Part shown: positions 54,993 to 63,998 of the stretch, in pieces
Position numbering within the stretch: position 1 is the stretch's first letter
Layout of the letters: each line of letters opens with the position of its first letter
NCBI GenBank assembly: GCA_037133055.1
Contig: JBAXOY010000001.1
Location: 35,660 to 99,659 of the forward strand
Direction of reading: 5' to 3'
DNA: 64,000 bases
Origin: Chlamydiota bacterium
Lineage (GTDB): Bacteria; Auribacterota; Tritonobacteria; UBA1439
The notes under the pieces: model-generated
The model's input: only the letters and a program-made list of their open reading frames with translations
What the model was told of the DNA's origin: nothing
Database searches by the model: none
Translations under genes and position numbers: made by a program

Positions 54993-55825
54993 GGAGCCCG
55001 ACGGACGCCGGCGCCCCCGCGCCGGGGGCGAAACTCCGCGAGATCGCCTGCCGCTCGATCCTGAGCCCCTCCCGCATCCCGGGGGCGGACTACTCCATCA
55101 ACCCGTACGTCGGCTGCCTCCACGCCTGCGCCTACTGCTACGCCCACTACATGCAGCGATGGTCGGGGCACGAGGAGCCGTGGGGAACGTTCGTGGACGT
55201 GAAGATGAACGCGGTCCGCGTTCTCATCCGCGCGCTCCGCCGCACCCCGCCCTCCCGGATCTTCATGAGTTCCGTGACCGACCCCTACCAGCCGCCGGAG
55301 CGGCGCTATCTCATCACGCGCCGCATCCTCGAGGCGCTCGCCTCCCTCCCCCACTCGATCGTGATCCACACGAAGTCGGCGCTCGTCGCGCGAGACCTGG
55401 ACATCCTGCGCTCGTTCCGGGATATCTCCGTGACCTTCACCATCGTCACGGGCGACGCGGGGGCGGTCCGCCTTCTCGAGCCGGGGGCCCCGCCGGTCCC
55501 CGAGCGGATCCTGGCCCTCGATACGCTGGCCCGGGCGGGGATCGATACGTCCGTGTTCATCGCCCCCGTCATCCCGTTCGTCACGGAGCGGGGCATCGAG
55601 GGGCTTATCCGCGGTCTTGCAGGGGCGGGGGTGCGGCGCGTCATGCTCGACGACCTTCACTATTTCCCCCGCCTCGCCGGCCGCCTCATCCCCGCCCTGA
55701 GGGCGTACGATGCGTCCCTGCCCGCGAGGGTCGCCCGGGCCACAAAAGATTATTATCAACAAACCGGCCGGAATATTCTAGAATGTTGTCGCGGGCACGG
55801 GATCAGGTGCGACGCTTTTTTCTGA
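54989..55825 (+). CDS. Radical SAM protein, SplB-like/Rv2578c DNA-repair-associated family
   Basis: INPYVGCLHACAYCYA, SSVTDPYQPPE, TKSALVARDLD and LEPGAPP..ERI motifs; ATGA coupling to nfi. Confidence 0.88.
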   Translation: MRSPTDAGAPAPGAKLREIACRSILSPSRIPGADYSINPYVGCLHACAYCYAHYMQRWSGHEEPWGTFVDVKMNAVRVLIRALRRTPPSRIFMSSVTDPYQPPERRYLITRRILEALASLPHSIVIHTKSALVARDLDILRSFRDISVTFTIVTGDAGAVRLLEPGAPPVPERILALDTLARAGIDTSVFIAPVIPFVTERGIEGLIRGLAGAGVRRVMLDDLHYFPRLAGRLIPALRAYDASLPARVARATKDYYQQTGRNILECCRGHGIRCDAFF

Positions 55826-55863
55826 GGCGCTCCGGGCGCCGTCGCCGCAAGGGGAGGTCCGCA

Positions 55864-56334
55864 ATGCGTACGATCACTGCAGTCGCGACGACCGCCTGCG
55901 CCGCGTGGCTCCTTTCGGGATGCGGATGGAAGATGATCGAGGCCCCGATACGGGTCCACGGCCAGGTGATCGACGCGGGCACGAAAGAGCCGGTCGAGGG
56001 CGCCTGCATAGACATCGCCGACGACCGTGAGAAGCTGGACATCAGGCTCAATACGGGCATCCTGACGGACAAGAACGGCGTATTCGACACCACCTTCATA
56101 TACGGCTACGAGCGGTGGATGTGGCTCGGGATCCCCGTCTGGTGGCTGCCGACCGCCCCGGAGCGGATCTACGTCGAGGTATCCGGAAACGGCTACCGCC
56201 CCCGCATCACCAACATCGAGTACCGCGCCGCCCTGTCCGGCGGGGAGAAGGAGCCGCCCCCGGTCAAATTCGACCCCATCACGATCCATCGGAGCTCGCC
56301 GTCGAAGAAGCGCGCGTCCGGGGGAGACGGGTAA
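55864..56334 (+). CDS. Lipoprotein with carboxypeptidase-regulatory-like beta domain
   Basis: LSGC lipobox; VHGQVIDAGTKEPVEGA...TDKNGVF; GGAGG RBS. Confidence 0.75.
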   Translation: MRTITAVATTACAAWLLSGCGWKMIEAPIRVHGQVIDAGTKEPVEGACIDIADDREKLDIRLNTGILTDKNGVFDTTFIYGYERWMWLGIPVWWLPTAPERIYVEVSGNGYRPRITNIEYRAALSGGEKEPPPVKFDPITIHRSSPSKKRASGGDG

Positions 56335-56344
56335 TACTACCCCC

Positions 56345-57406
56345 ATGAAGCGGATACGCATTGCGGTCATCATGGGAGGACGGACCGCCGAGCACGACAT
56401 CTCGCGCGCCACGGGCGCCATGGTGCTCGCCAACCTCGACCGCAGGAAATACCGCGTGAAACCGGTCGTCATTTCGAGGGACGGCAGGTGGCACGCCGCG
56501 CAGGGCTACCCGCCCGCGGGACGGCGCGGGGCTGCGAGGCCCCGCTTCGGTCCGGCGGGCGCCGCCGTCACGCGCCTCGTGAAGGACCGCGTCGAGTGCG
56601 CCTTCATCGCGATGCACGGCCCGTACGGCGAGGACGGCACGATCCAGGGCCTGCTGGAGATGCTGGACATCCCCTACACCGGCTCGGACGTGTGCGCGAG
56701 CGCGCTGGCGATGGACAAGATCAAGGCAAAGGAGATCTACCGCGCCCACGGGATCCCGACGCCCTCGTTCTGCGTCATCGACGCGCGCGACTGGAGAAGC
56801 GGCCGAAGAGAAATCTCCCGGGCGGTGGCGCGCCTGGTGGGATTCCCTTGTTTCCTGAAACCGTCGCGGCTCGGGTCGAGCGTCGGCGTCAGCGTCTGCG
56901 GATCGGCGGCCGACCTTGCGCGGCGAGCCCCCGCCTCGCTCCGGTACGGGGACCGGCTGCTCGCCGAGAAGCTCGTCGAGGGGATCGAGGTCACCTGCGC
57001 CGTGCTCGACACCCCGGGGGGGCGGCCGCCGGTCGCCCTCCCGCCCACGGAGATCGTGCCGCAGACGGGCGCGTACTTCGATTACCACGCGAAATATACG
57101 CCCGGCGCGAGCGTCGAAATCACGCCCGCGCGCATCGGGGCGGCCATGACCGCCCGGGCGCAGGACCTCGCGCTGCGCGCGCACGCGGCGCTCGGCTGCG
57201 CGGGGATGTCGAGGACGGACATGATCATGCGAGGGCGCGGGCTCACCGTGCTCGAGACCAACACCATCCCGGGCATGACGAAGACCTCCCTGCTCCCGCA
57301 GGCCGCCCGGGCGGCGGGCCTGAGCTTTCCCCGCCTGCTCGACAGGATCATCGCCGTGGCGCGGGAGGGGCATCGGCGCCGGCGCCGCCACACCCGGACA
57401 CGCTGA
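56345..57406 (+). CDS. ddl: D-alanine--D-alanine ligase
   Basis: GGRTAEHDIS, HGPYGEDGTIQG, MDKIKAK, GSSVGV, FDYHAKY and ETNTIPGMTKTSLLP motifs. Confidence 0.95.
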   Translation: MKRIRIAVIMGGRTAEHDISRATGAMVLANLDRRKYRVKPVVISRDGRWHAAQGYPPAGRRGAARPRFGPAGAAVTRLVKDRVECAFIAMHGPYGEDGTIQGLLEMLDIPYTGSDVCASALAMDKIKAKEIYRAHGIPTPSFCVIDARDWRSGRREISRAVARLVGFPCFLKPSRLGSSVGVSVCGSAADLARRAPASLRYGDRLLAEKLVEGIEVTCAVLDTPGGRPPVALPPTEIVPQTGAYFDYHAKYTPGASVEITPARIGAAMTARAQDLALRAHAALGCAGMSRTDMIMRGRGLTVLETNTIPGMTKTSLLPQAARAAGLSFPRLLDRIIAVAREGHRRRRRHTRTR

Positions 57407-57433
57407 CGGCGCGCGCCGGGGGGGAGGTGTGCC

Positions 57434-57622
57434 ATGTTCAAAAAAATACTGTGTGCCGTGATCGCCGCACTGTCCGCGATGACCTGCACGGCTCAGTCCA
57501 CCGAGCCCGTGGGGCCCTCGGGCTGGACCGCGCGCAACTGGGCGGGGATCTGCGTGCAGATAATCCTGTTCGTCCTGGCGCTCATCGGCGTCTGGGCGCT
57601 CGCAGGCCGCGACAGGGAATGA
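57434..57622 (+). CDS. Small membrane protein
   Basis: GGAGG RBS; signal-like N-terminus and C-terminal TM. Confidence 0.6.
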   Translation: MFKKILCAVIAALSAMTCTAQSTEPVGPSGWTARNWAGICVQIILFVLALIGVWALAGRDRE

Positions 57623-57631
57623 CGCGCCGCT

Positions 57632-58090
57632 TCACCGCGCCGGATCGAGCGCCTTCCTCATCTCCTGAAGGAACGCGCCGGGGGGCTTGAATCCCACCAC
57701 CCGGTGCACCACCCTCCCCCCGGCATTCATAAAGAGAACCGTGGGAAGCGCGGGGATGCCGTAGGCGCGGCTCGCCGCGGGGTCCTTCCCCACGTCCACC
57801 CTGACCGCCACGAACTTCTCCGCTAGTTCCCGGACCGCAGCGTCCGCGTAGGTCTCCCGGTCGAGCTTTCCGCACCAGCTGCACCGCTCCGAGAAAAAAT
57901 CCGCCATGACCGGTTTCCCCTGCTCCCCGGCGGCCTTCAATGCATCGGGGATCGAGGCGCTCCAGAGAATGGCGCCTTGTGCGCCTCCCCCGGTCTCCCC
58001 TGGCTCCCTTCCCCCGCAGGAGGGGAGCACCGCCGCACCACACAGCGCCGCAATCACCGCCGGTCTCATCAGTCGGTCCCTCCGGTTCAC
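57632..58090 (-). CDS. Thioredoxin-family lipoprotein
   Basis: LPSC lipobox-like; GKPVMADFFSERCSWC; cis-Pro ALPTVLF; alternative start at 58069. Confidence 0.85.
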   Translation of the reverse strand: MNRRDRLMRPAVIAALCGAAVLPSCGGREPGETGGGAQGAILWSASIPDALKAAGEQGKPVMADFFSERCSWCGKLDRETYADAAVRELAEKFVAVRVDVGKDPAASRAYGIPALPTVLFMNAGGRVVHRVVGFKPPGAFLQEMRKALDPAR

Positions 58091-58091
58091 C

Positions 58092-58709
58092 TCAGCGAAA
58101 AAATCCCCAGTACCCCATCACGATCCAGTTAATGAACTGTATGACGAGGGTGAGCAGCACCGCGATCCCCACCGCAACCGACGCCACCATGATGAACGAC
58201 TCCACGCTGTCCACGTAAGCGGCGCTGAGGGTGTAGAGGAGCAGAAACAGGGCGAACGCGAAATGGTGCGCCATGTGGAGCGGACCGGAGGCCGTAAAAA
58301 CGTAAAGCGCCATCGCGGCGACGCAGAGCAGCATGAGCCCGAGGGACACGGTGCTCCCGCCCCAGTTGGCGAATCGCCGCAGGATGAGCCACCCGGAGAT
58401 CGCGGAGCAGGAAAGGCTTATCGCCTCGGCGATCACCATGAGCGGGGGCAGGAGGGTAAGGGAGGTATGGCGCGTGCAGAAATCCGCCCATCCCATCGGG
58501 CCGAGCCTGGTCTTGGCTCCGCAGGAGAGGCATACCCCCTGCAGCACCGCCCTGAAGGGAAACAAATACTTATAGCCGGCATAGAGCCCGAGCGCGGCCA
58601 CCGTCGAGATCACGAACGCCGCCACCAGGCGCGCCGCAGACCGTTCCCGCCACCCGCGCACGGGGGCTTTCCTCTCAGCCGTGACGCCCGCCGGCGTCTT
58701 CCCCCTCAT
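58092..58709 (-). CDS. Hypothetical multi-TM protein with a CxxC...CxxH loop
   Basis: About 5 TM segments; VCLSCG...FCTRH. Confidence 0.6.
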   Translation of the reverse strand: MRGKTPAGVTAERKAPVRGWRERSAARLVAAFVISTVAALGLYAGYKYLFPFRAVLQGVCLSCGAKTRLGPMGWADFCTRHTSLTLLPPLMVIAEAISLSCSAISGWLILRRFANWGGSTVSLGLMLLCVAAMALYVFTASGPLHMAHHFAFALFLLLYTLSAAYVDSVESFIMVASVAVGIAVLLTLVIQFINWIVMGYWGFFR

Positions 58710-59091
58710 AAAGGACTCCTTCGATGCGCTCCACGGCGCCCGACAACCTGTTGAGCGACGCCTCGACCGACAGGCCGAGGCGTATGAGTTCCGCCAGTGC
58801 GAGGCACCCCAAAAACACGCCGGCTCCGAGGACAAGGCCGGCCGCCGGGATAAGCCATACCCCCTCGCGCCCGAGATGGGCGATCGCCGCGCCGCCCGCG
58901 AGGCCCGTGACCGCGCACACCCTGAACGCGACCGCGAGCCCGCGGAGCAGCGCAAACCCGCGCGGCCCCGGCCTGTCGTCATCCCCGCAGCTCCCCCGAA
59001 AGCACCGCGGGCACAGTGCCCTGCCGTCATCCCCCTCGTACGTGAAGATCCCCGGCGGGATCTCCGCGCGGCACCGCGCGCACACCGCCAT
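58675..59091 (-). CDS. Zn-ribbon plus 2-TM hypothetical protein
   Basis: CARC...CPRC N-terminus, two TM helices, short coiled coil; AAGGAG RBS. Confidence 0.65.
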   Translation of the reverse strand: MAVCARCRAEIPPGIFTYEGDDGRALCPRCFRGSCGDDDRPGPRGFALLRGLAVAFRVCAVTGLAGGAAIAHLGREGVWLIPAAGLVLGAGVFLGCLALAELIRLGLSVEASLNRLSGAVERIEGVLYEGEDAGGRHG

Positions 59092-59106
59092 CGCCGAACT
59101 CCTTTA

Positions 59107-59754
59107 TCAGTCGAGCAGCCCCTTGAGCGCGTCGTTCTTCTTTTCGCCCCCGCTCCCCCGCTTGCTCATGAGCTGGTCGAGCATCAGCCCGATCCCGCGC
59201 GTCGCCACCTCGTGCGGCAGGCCCGTGTCGTCGACGAGGATGCTCCCCTGCCAGACCGGCTCGCCCGTCGCCGTGTCGGCCATGCGGACCTGTACGTCGA
59301 CCTTGGAGTTGTTGTGCTGGCGGTATTTATAGGTGGAGCACTTGTCCACCTGCCCCATGACGAGGGCGTCCGCCCTGAGCATCGCGCCGACGCGCAGCAC
59401 GTCTTTACGCACGAGGATCCCGGCGATCTTCTCCCCGCGCTTCCCGAAATACTGCGCGACCTTTTCCGGCCCGACCACCTTGAACTTCACCCTCTTCCTC
59501 AGCTCCGAGGTGAAGATATCGCAGATGACCTTGCCGTTGTCCCGGGTTATCCGCTCGGGCACGCCCATGATGGTCTTGGTCTCCCCCCGGGTCACGAAGT
59601 ATTCCATGAAAGGCACCACGGCGACCTTGCGAATCCGGTCGTGTTTCTCGAACGCCGGGAATGTCTGGACGCTGATTGTGTCCTGGTTTATCCCCGTGAC
59701 ACACCCGGCGCAGCAGACGAGCGCCGCCCCCGCATGCCACAAAAACTTACGCAT
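59107..59754 (-). CDS. Lipoprotein, CsgG/LpoB/GNA1162-like fold
   Basis: CAGC lipobox; KVAVVPF, VGAMLRADALVMGQV and VRMADTATGEPVW motifs. Confidence 0.75.
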   Translation of the reverse strand: MRKFLWHAGAALVCCAGCVTGINQDTISVQTFPAFEKHDRIRKVAVVPFMEYFVTRGETKTIMGVPERITRDNGKVICDIFTSELRKRVKFKVVGPEKVAQYFGKRGEKIAGILVRKDVLRVGAMLRADALVMGQVDKCSTYKYRQHNNSKVDVQVRMADTATGEPVWQGSILVDDTGLPHEVATRGIGLMLDQLMSKRGSGGEKKNDALKGLLD

Positions 59755-59780
59755 CGCTCCCCCCCTTCGCCTTTCACCGC

Positions 59781-59807
59781 GTGAACCGCTTGAACTGCTT
59801 GAACCGT
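59781..59807. repeat. TTGAACCGC 9-mer array
   Basis: gtgaaccgc ttgaactgc ttgaaccgt. Confidence 0.6.
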
Positions 59808-59809
59808 TG

Positions 59810-60784
59810 TTATCGTATCCCGACTTCGGCGGTCGCCCCCGGCATCGGCTCCGCTCCCGCGGCGATGGTCATGAGCCCGTAGAGCGTCGCATCCGGGATC
59901 CGGTCCGCCTCGCCCCAGTTCAACCGCTCCGCGTCGGCATGCCCCAGCGCGAAACTTCGATACGGCTCCTTCCGCCAGTACGGGCCCACGGCCTTGAGCG
60001 ACTGGTAGCCGCGCGCGCCGTAACCGTCGCCCGGCTCCTGGCGAAACTGCCCCCTTGCCACGCGGACCGTGAGCCGGTCGATCTTCCCCTTGAGCCCTAT
60101 GAAATGATTCGCCGCGTTTTCCTTCCCGGAGCGCCCCCATCCCGTTTCTCCCCCCATCCATGGGCGCTGGGCGAAGCGATGCGCGGTATGAAAGCAGAAG
60201 CCGTGCCCCCACCCGCCCTCCATGAGGAAGCGCACGAGCCCCCACGCGTCCTGGTCGAACTCCCCCCCGTCCTCGGCGCTCCTCACCACCACCGTGAGCG
60301 TCACGTCGAATCTGCCGTCCCTCTCCTCGCCGCACGATGCCTCCAGCTCGTCCGGGACAACCCGCTCGCGCGCGCCCGGGCCGGTGGGATTCTCGCGGAA
60401 CATGCTCCTCAGTTCGTCGGTGAGCGCCGCGCCGAGCGAATCCCCGCTGAGATGGCGCTCGCCGACGCGGATGAGCCCGTCCTCCACCGCGAGGCGCTCG
60501 CACTCCCTGATTTTCTCGTCGATGGAAGTGAGCTTCTTCTCGTCGGAGAAGATCCAGTACCCCATTTGCCGCGCGGAAATGAGGAGGCCCTTCGCCCGTA
60601 TGTAGGACTCCAGGCCGGCGTCGTACTCCGCGTCCGCCACCGCGTCGTCGCCCTCACGGAGCGCCATATCGACGTTTCTGGCCTGTTCGAAGGATGTCGG
60701 CACCGAGCAGCCGGCGGCGATAAGCGCCGTCACGCACACGAGAATCCGCGCAACCGGTTTCGGGTCGATCCGCATCTGGCTCAC
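59810..60784 (-). CDS. Hypothetical lipoprotein
   Basis: AAGC lipobox; helical N-terminal part; co-oriented in the operon. Confidence 0.65.
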   Translation of the reverse strand: MSQMRIDPKPVARILVCVTALIAAGCSVPTSFEQARNVDMALREGDDAVADAEYDAGLESYIRAKGLLISARQMGYWIFSDEKKLTSIDEKIRECERLAVEDGLIRVGERHLSGDSLGAALTDELRSMFRENPTGPGARERVVPDELEASCGEERDGRFDVTLTVVVRSAEDGGEFDQDAWGLVRFLMEGGWGHGFCFHTAHRFAQRPWMGGETGWGRSGKENAANHFIGLKGKIDRLTVRVARGQFRQEPGDGYGARGYQSLKAVGPYWRKEPYRSFALGHADAERLNWGEADRIPDATLYGLMTIAAGAEPMPGATAEVGIR

Positions 60785-60791
60785 ACAGGCG

Positions 60792-61160
60792 CTACTCGAG
60801 ACGGAACGCGTCCCGGACGAGCGTACACTCCCCGCCCCCGCCCGGCATCCATCGGATTCCCACCACGTCGAAGCGCGTGCGGGCGAGGCGCATGGAACAG
60901 GCGGAGAGATAGTGGTGCGCCGTCACGGCGAGGCGGCGGCGTTTGACGGGGGTGATCGCCTCCAAGGGAGAGCCGAACCGCATCGTGCTTCTCCCCTTGA
61001 TCTCGACGAAGACGACGATCTCCCCGTCGCGGGCGATGAGGTCTATCTCGCCGCGGGGACAGCGGTAGTTCCGCGCAAGGATCCGGTAGCCGTTCCCGCG
61101 GAGGAACCGCGCGGCCAGATCCTCTCCCCTGTCTCCCAGTCGCTTGTTCTGCACGGACAT
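60792..61160 (-). CDS. yraN: YraN/UPF0102 PD-(D/E)xK nuclease-family protein
   Basis: GDRGEDLAARFL...ILARNYRCPRGEIDLIA...VFVEIK...RFDVVGI. Confidence 0.92.
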   Translation of the reverse strand: MSVQNKRLGDRGEDLAARFLRGNGYRILARNYRCPRGEIDLIARDGEIVVFVEIKGRSTMRFGSPLEAITPVKRRRLAVTAHHYLSACSMRLARTRFDVVGIRWMPGGGGECTLVRDAFRLE

Positions 61161-61183
61161 GCCCGGCGGGAGCCGCGGGTCGG

Positions 61184-61510
61184 TTAATGGGCCTTGCCGC
61201 TCATGCTCTCGCGGGTGTAGTAGAGCTTGGCCCTGCGGACCTGCTCCCGTTTCGCCACTTCGATCCTGGCGATCATGGGCGAATTGATGAGGAAGACCCG
61301 TTCCACGCCCTCGCCGTAGGATATCTTCCTGAGCGTCGCGGAGGCGTTGATGCCGCTCCCCTTCCGCGCGATCACCTGCCCCAAAAAAAGCTGGATCCGC
61401 TCCTTGTCGCCCTCCTTGATCTTCACGTGGACCTTGAGGGTGTCGCCGACCCTGAACTCCGGCAGGTCCTTCCTGAGAAACCCCTTCTCGATATCCTCGA
61501 TAATCTTCAT
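61184..61510 (-). CDS. rplS: 50S ribosomal protein L19
   Basis: [35 protein letters not shown] and VRRAKLYY motifs. Confidence 0.97.
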   Translation of the reverse strand: MKIIEDIEKGFLRKDLPEFRVGDTLKVHVKIKEGDKERIQLFLGQVIARKGSGINASATLRKISYGEGVERVFLINSPMIARIEVAKREQVRRAKLYYTRESMSGKAH

Positions 61511-61530
61511 CTCCATCTCTCCTTGATTTG

Positions 61531-62256
61531 TCAAATGCCGCCCCGGAGTTCCCGGAGCATCGACCGGTCCTCTTCCGTAAGCGGCGCCCGCGCGAGCAGG
61601 TCGGGCCTTCGCTCCATGGTCCGCCGCAGCGCCTCGCGCCTGCGCCATCGCCTGATCTTTTCGTGGTCCCCCGTGAGCAGCACCCCGGGGACCTCGATCC
61701 CGCGAAAGCTCCTCGGCTTCGTGTAGTGCGGATAATCGAGGAGCCCGTCGCAGAACGAATCCTCCCGCACCGACCGCGCGTCCCCCACCGCCCCCGGGAG
61801 AAGCCGCGTCACGGCGTCGATCAAAAGCATCGCCGCCAGCGACCCGTTGCTGACGACGAAATCCCCCACGGAGATCTCCTCGTCCGCCAGCAGCTCGCGG
61901 GCCCGCTCGTCGATCCCCTCGTAGTGCCCGCTGACGAGGAGGAGGTGGCTTTCGCGCGACAGCCGCTCAGCGCCCGCGTGGTCCAGCGGATTCCCCTGCG
62001 GCGTAAGGATCACCACGCGGGTCTCCTCCCCGCGCAGCTCCTCGACCGCGGCCGCGAGAACCTCGGCCATCATGACCATGCCGGCCCCGCCGCCGTACGG
62101 CGTGTCGTCGACCGTCCGGTGCCTGTCCACGGCCCAGTCACGGAGATTGCGGACGGCGAGGTCGAGAATTCCCTTCTCCCGCGCGCGCTTCATGATGCTC
62201 TCGTCGAAGTAGCCCGAGAACATCCCGGGGAAAAGGGTCAGCACATCGATTTTCAA
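61531..62256 (-). CDS. trmD: tRNA (guanine37-N1)-methyltransferase
   Basis: [30 protein letters not shown] and [10 protein letters not shown] motifs; TTG start. Confidence 0.97.
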   Translation of the reverse strand: MKIDVLTLFPGMFSGYFDESIMKRAREKGILDLAVRNLRDWAVDRHRTVDDTPYGGGAGMVMMAEVLAAAVEELRGEETRVVILTPQGNPLDHAGAERLSRESHLLLVSGHYEGIDERARELLADEEISVGDFVVSNGSLAAMLLIDAVTRLLPGAVGDARSVREDSFCDGLLDYPHYTKPRSFRGIEVPGVLLTGDHEKIRRWRRREALRRTMERRPDLLARAPLTEEDRSMLRELRGGI

Positions 62257-62289
62257 CGGTGACGGTACCCCCGGGCCCCAGGCGGGGCG

Positions 62290-62520
62290 CTACTCGATAA
62301 TCTCAAGCGTGGCCCGCAGATTCGCCCTCGCCGCAGCGGAGTCGATGAGCGTGCGGATGGATTTGATCGTGCGGCCGCTCTTCCCTATCACCTTGCCGAT
62401 GTCGCCCGGGTTGCAGCGGAGTTCGAAGATTACGGTCTTTTCGCCGTCTATCTGCGTCACGGCCACCTCTTCCGGGTGATCGACAATCGCCTTCACCGCA
62501 TATTCGATGAACTCCTTCAT
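62290..62520 (-). CDS. khpA: KH-domain RNA-binding protein KhpA
   Basis: IVDHPEEV...DIGKVIGKSGRTIKSIRT; located between rpsP and trmD. Confidence 0.92.
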   Translation of the reverse strand: MKEFIEYAVKAIVDHPEEVAVTQIDGEKTVIFELRCNPGDIGKVIGKSGRTIKSIRTLIDSAAARANLRATLEIIE

Positions 62521-62556
62521 CGGTGTCTCACCCTCCTCGCCGGCGGGCGTCGTCCC

Positions 62557-62838
62557 TTATTTTTCAGCCTTTCTGGCGCCTTTCGACTTCTTCTCCTTCT
62601 CTATCCCCTCTTTTTTGAGGAAGGTCGAGACCGCGCCGGAAACCTGCGCGCCCACGCCCAGCCAGTAGAGAATGCGCTCCCTCTTCAGGTCAAAATTCTT
62701 CCCCTCGTCGAGAGGCCTGTACGTCCCGAGAATCTCGAGAAAACGCCCATCCCGCGGGCAGCGCTTGTCCGTCGCCACTATGCGGAAATAGGGCTCATTC
62801 TTCCTGCCCATCCTTCTCATCCTGATCACTACCGCCAT
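62557..62838 (-). CDS. rpsP: 30S ribosomal protein S16
   Basis: IRMRRMGRKNEPYFRIVATDKRCPRDGRFLEILGTY...YWLGVGAQ. Confidence 0.97.
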   Translation of the reverse strand: MAVVIRMRRMGRKNEPYFRIVATDKRCPRDGRFLEILGTYRPLDEGKNFDLKRERILYWLGVGAQVSGAVSTFLKKEGIEKEKKSKGARKAEK

Positions 62839-62979
62839 TTGAACTTCCTCCCTTGCGTGATGTACATCTTTTTCCCGCAGAATAAGTTATATACTTACCC
62901 GTGGGCCATAAACAAACCCCGGCGCCCAAACGGGGGATTATACCACAGGAGGAGGCCGTCTGCGGGAATATTTTATACG

Positions 62980-63444
62980 TCATGGCATGACGAACTCGTG
63001 TTCCGGGTGCTTGATGCTGAGCACGGGGCACGGGGCCTTGCGGACGACTTTCTCGGCGGTCGACCCGAACATGGCGTGGCTCAGGCCGGTCCGTCCGTGC
63101 GTCGCGATCACAACGAGGTCTACCTCGCGCCCCCTCGCCTCCCGCACGATCTCGACGAACGGGCGCCCCTGCTTCACCACGATCTCCACCGGGATGCCGC
63201 CCGGGACCTTCGTTTTCGCGATCTCATCGAGCCGCTCCCGGGATTTTTTTTCAAAATCCCCGAACATGCTCCTGTCGGGGATGTACGGGGCGAAATACGC
63301 GGGGTCGCTGAGGAACACGTCCACCACGTGCATGAGCACGAGTTTCGCCCCGTACTGCCGGGCGAAGCTCACCGCATAGTCGAGGGCATAGAAAGAGAAG
63401 TCGGAAAAATCCGTGGGGAACAAGATGGTCTTCAGCGCGATCAT
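62980..63444 (-). CDS. Universal stress protein (UspA family)
   Basis: ILFPTDFS, DLVVIATHGRTGL..MFGSTAEKVVRKAPCPVL; AGGAGG RBS. Confidence 0.95.
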   Translation of the reverse strand: MIALKTILFPTDFSDFSFYALDYAVSFARQYGAKLVLMHVVDVFLSDPAYFAPYIPDRSMFGDFEKKSRERLDEIAKTKVPGGIPVEIVVKQGRPFVEIVREARGREVDLVVIATHGRTGLSHAMFGSTAEKVVRKAPCPVLSIKHPEHEFVMP

Positions 63445-63581
63445 GGCCCCGCCTCCTGGTTGTGGAACAGCCCCCACTATAGCGCAGGGGAGAACGCGGT
63501 ATCAAGCAAAAGGAGGACCGCGACGTAGTGGGACAGTTTCGGGGGGTACAACTCCTATACTGATCCGGCTTTAACGGTAGC

Positions 63582-63998
63582 ACGCAGATGAACGCAGATC
63601 GTCAGGATAGACAGGATATAAAATACGACAAAATACTTTTGGACGCGGATCGCCGCGGATGCACGCGGATGGGACAACAGCCTAAAGTTTAAAGTAAAGA
63701 GGCATTCAGGACGCAGATTTCGCAGATGAACGCAGATAAAGAAACCGCACATGATTTTCAAGAATGAATGGGACGCGGAGCCTCCTTCACTTCCCGCGTA
63801 TTCCCTTGAACTTTCAACCGTAGTTTTATCTGCGTACTCTGCGTTCATCTGCGTCCCCAATATCCTTTTCCATTTCCTTCAATCTTGAATCATTGTAGTA
63901 TCTGCGTTCATCTGCGTCCCGAATGTCGTTTCTCTTTATACCTTCACGCCATAGTCTTATCAGCGTCCATCCTGACGATCTGCGTTCATCTGCGTCCC
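63582..63998. repeat. Nested inverted arrays of the ACGCAGAT-core 9-mer
   Basis: Three forward blocks (about 63582, 63642, 63709) and three reverse blocks (about 63825, 63900, 63969); the outer 27 bp form a perfect inverted repeat. Confidence 0.85.

Noticed and set aside
56345..57406. Van-type D-Ala-D-Lac ligase
   Set aside because: The omega loop FDYHAKY is typical of D-Ala-D-Ala ligases, and there are no van genes nearby.
273..60946. Many long antisense or alternate-frame ORFs (e.g. 2154-4607, 24146-24862 extension, 45769-48870, 59333-60946)
   Set aside because: Shadows of real high-GC genes: Arg/Gly/Pro-rich, with no motifs.
63555..63998. 101-aa ORF (63555-63860), or a CRISPR array at the right edge
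   Set aside because: The ORF is made of repeat translations (TQMNA, ICVHLR). The repeats switch orientation and vary in length, unlike CRISPR, and no cas genes are visible.
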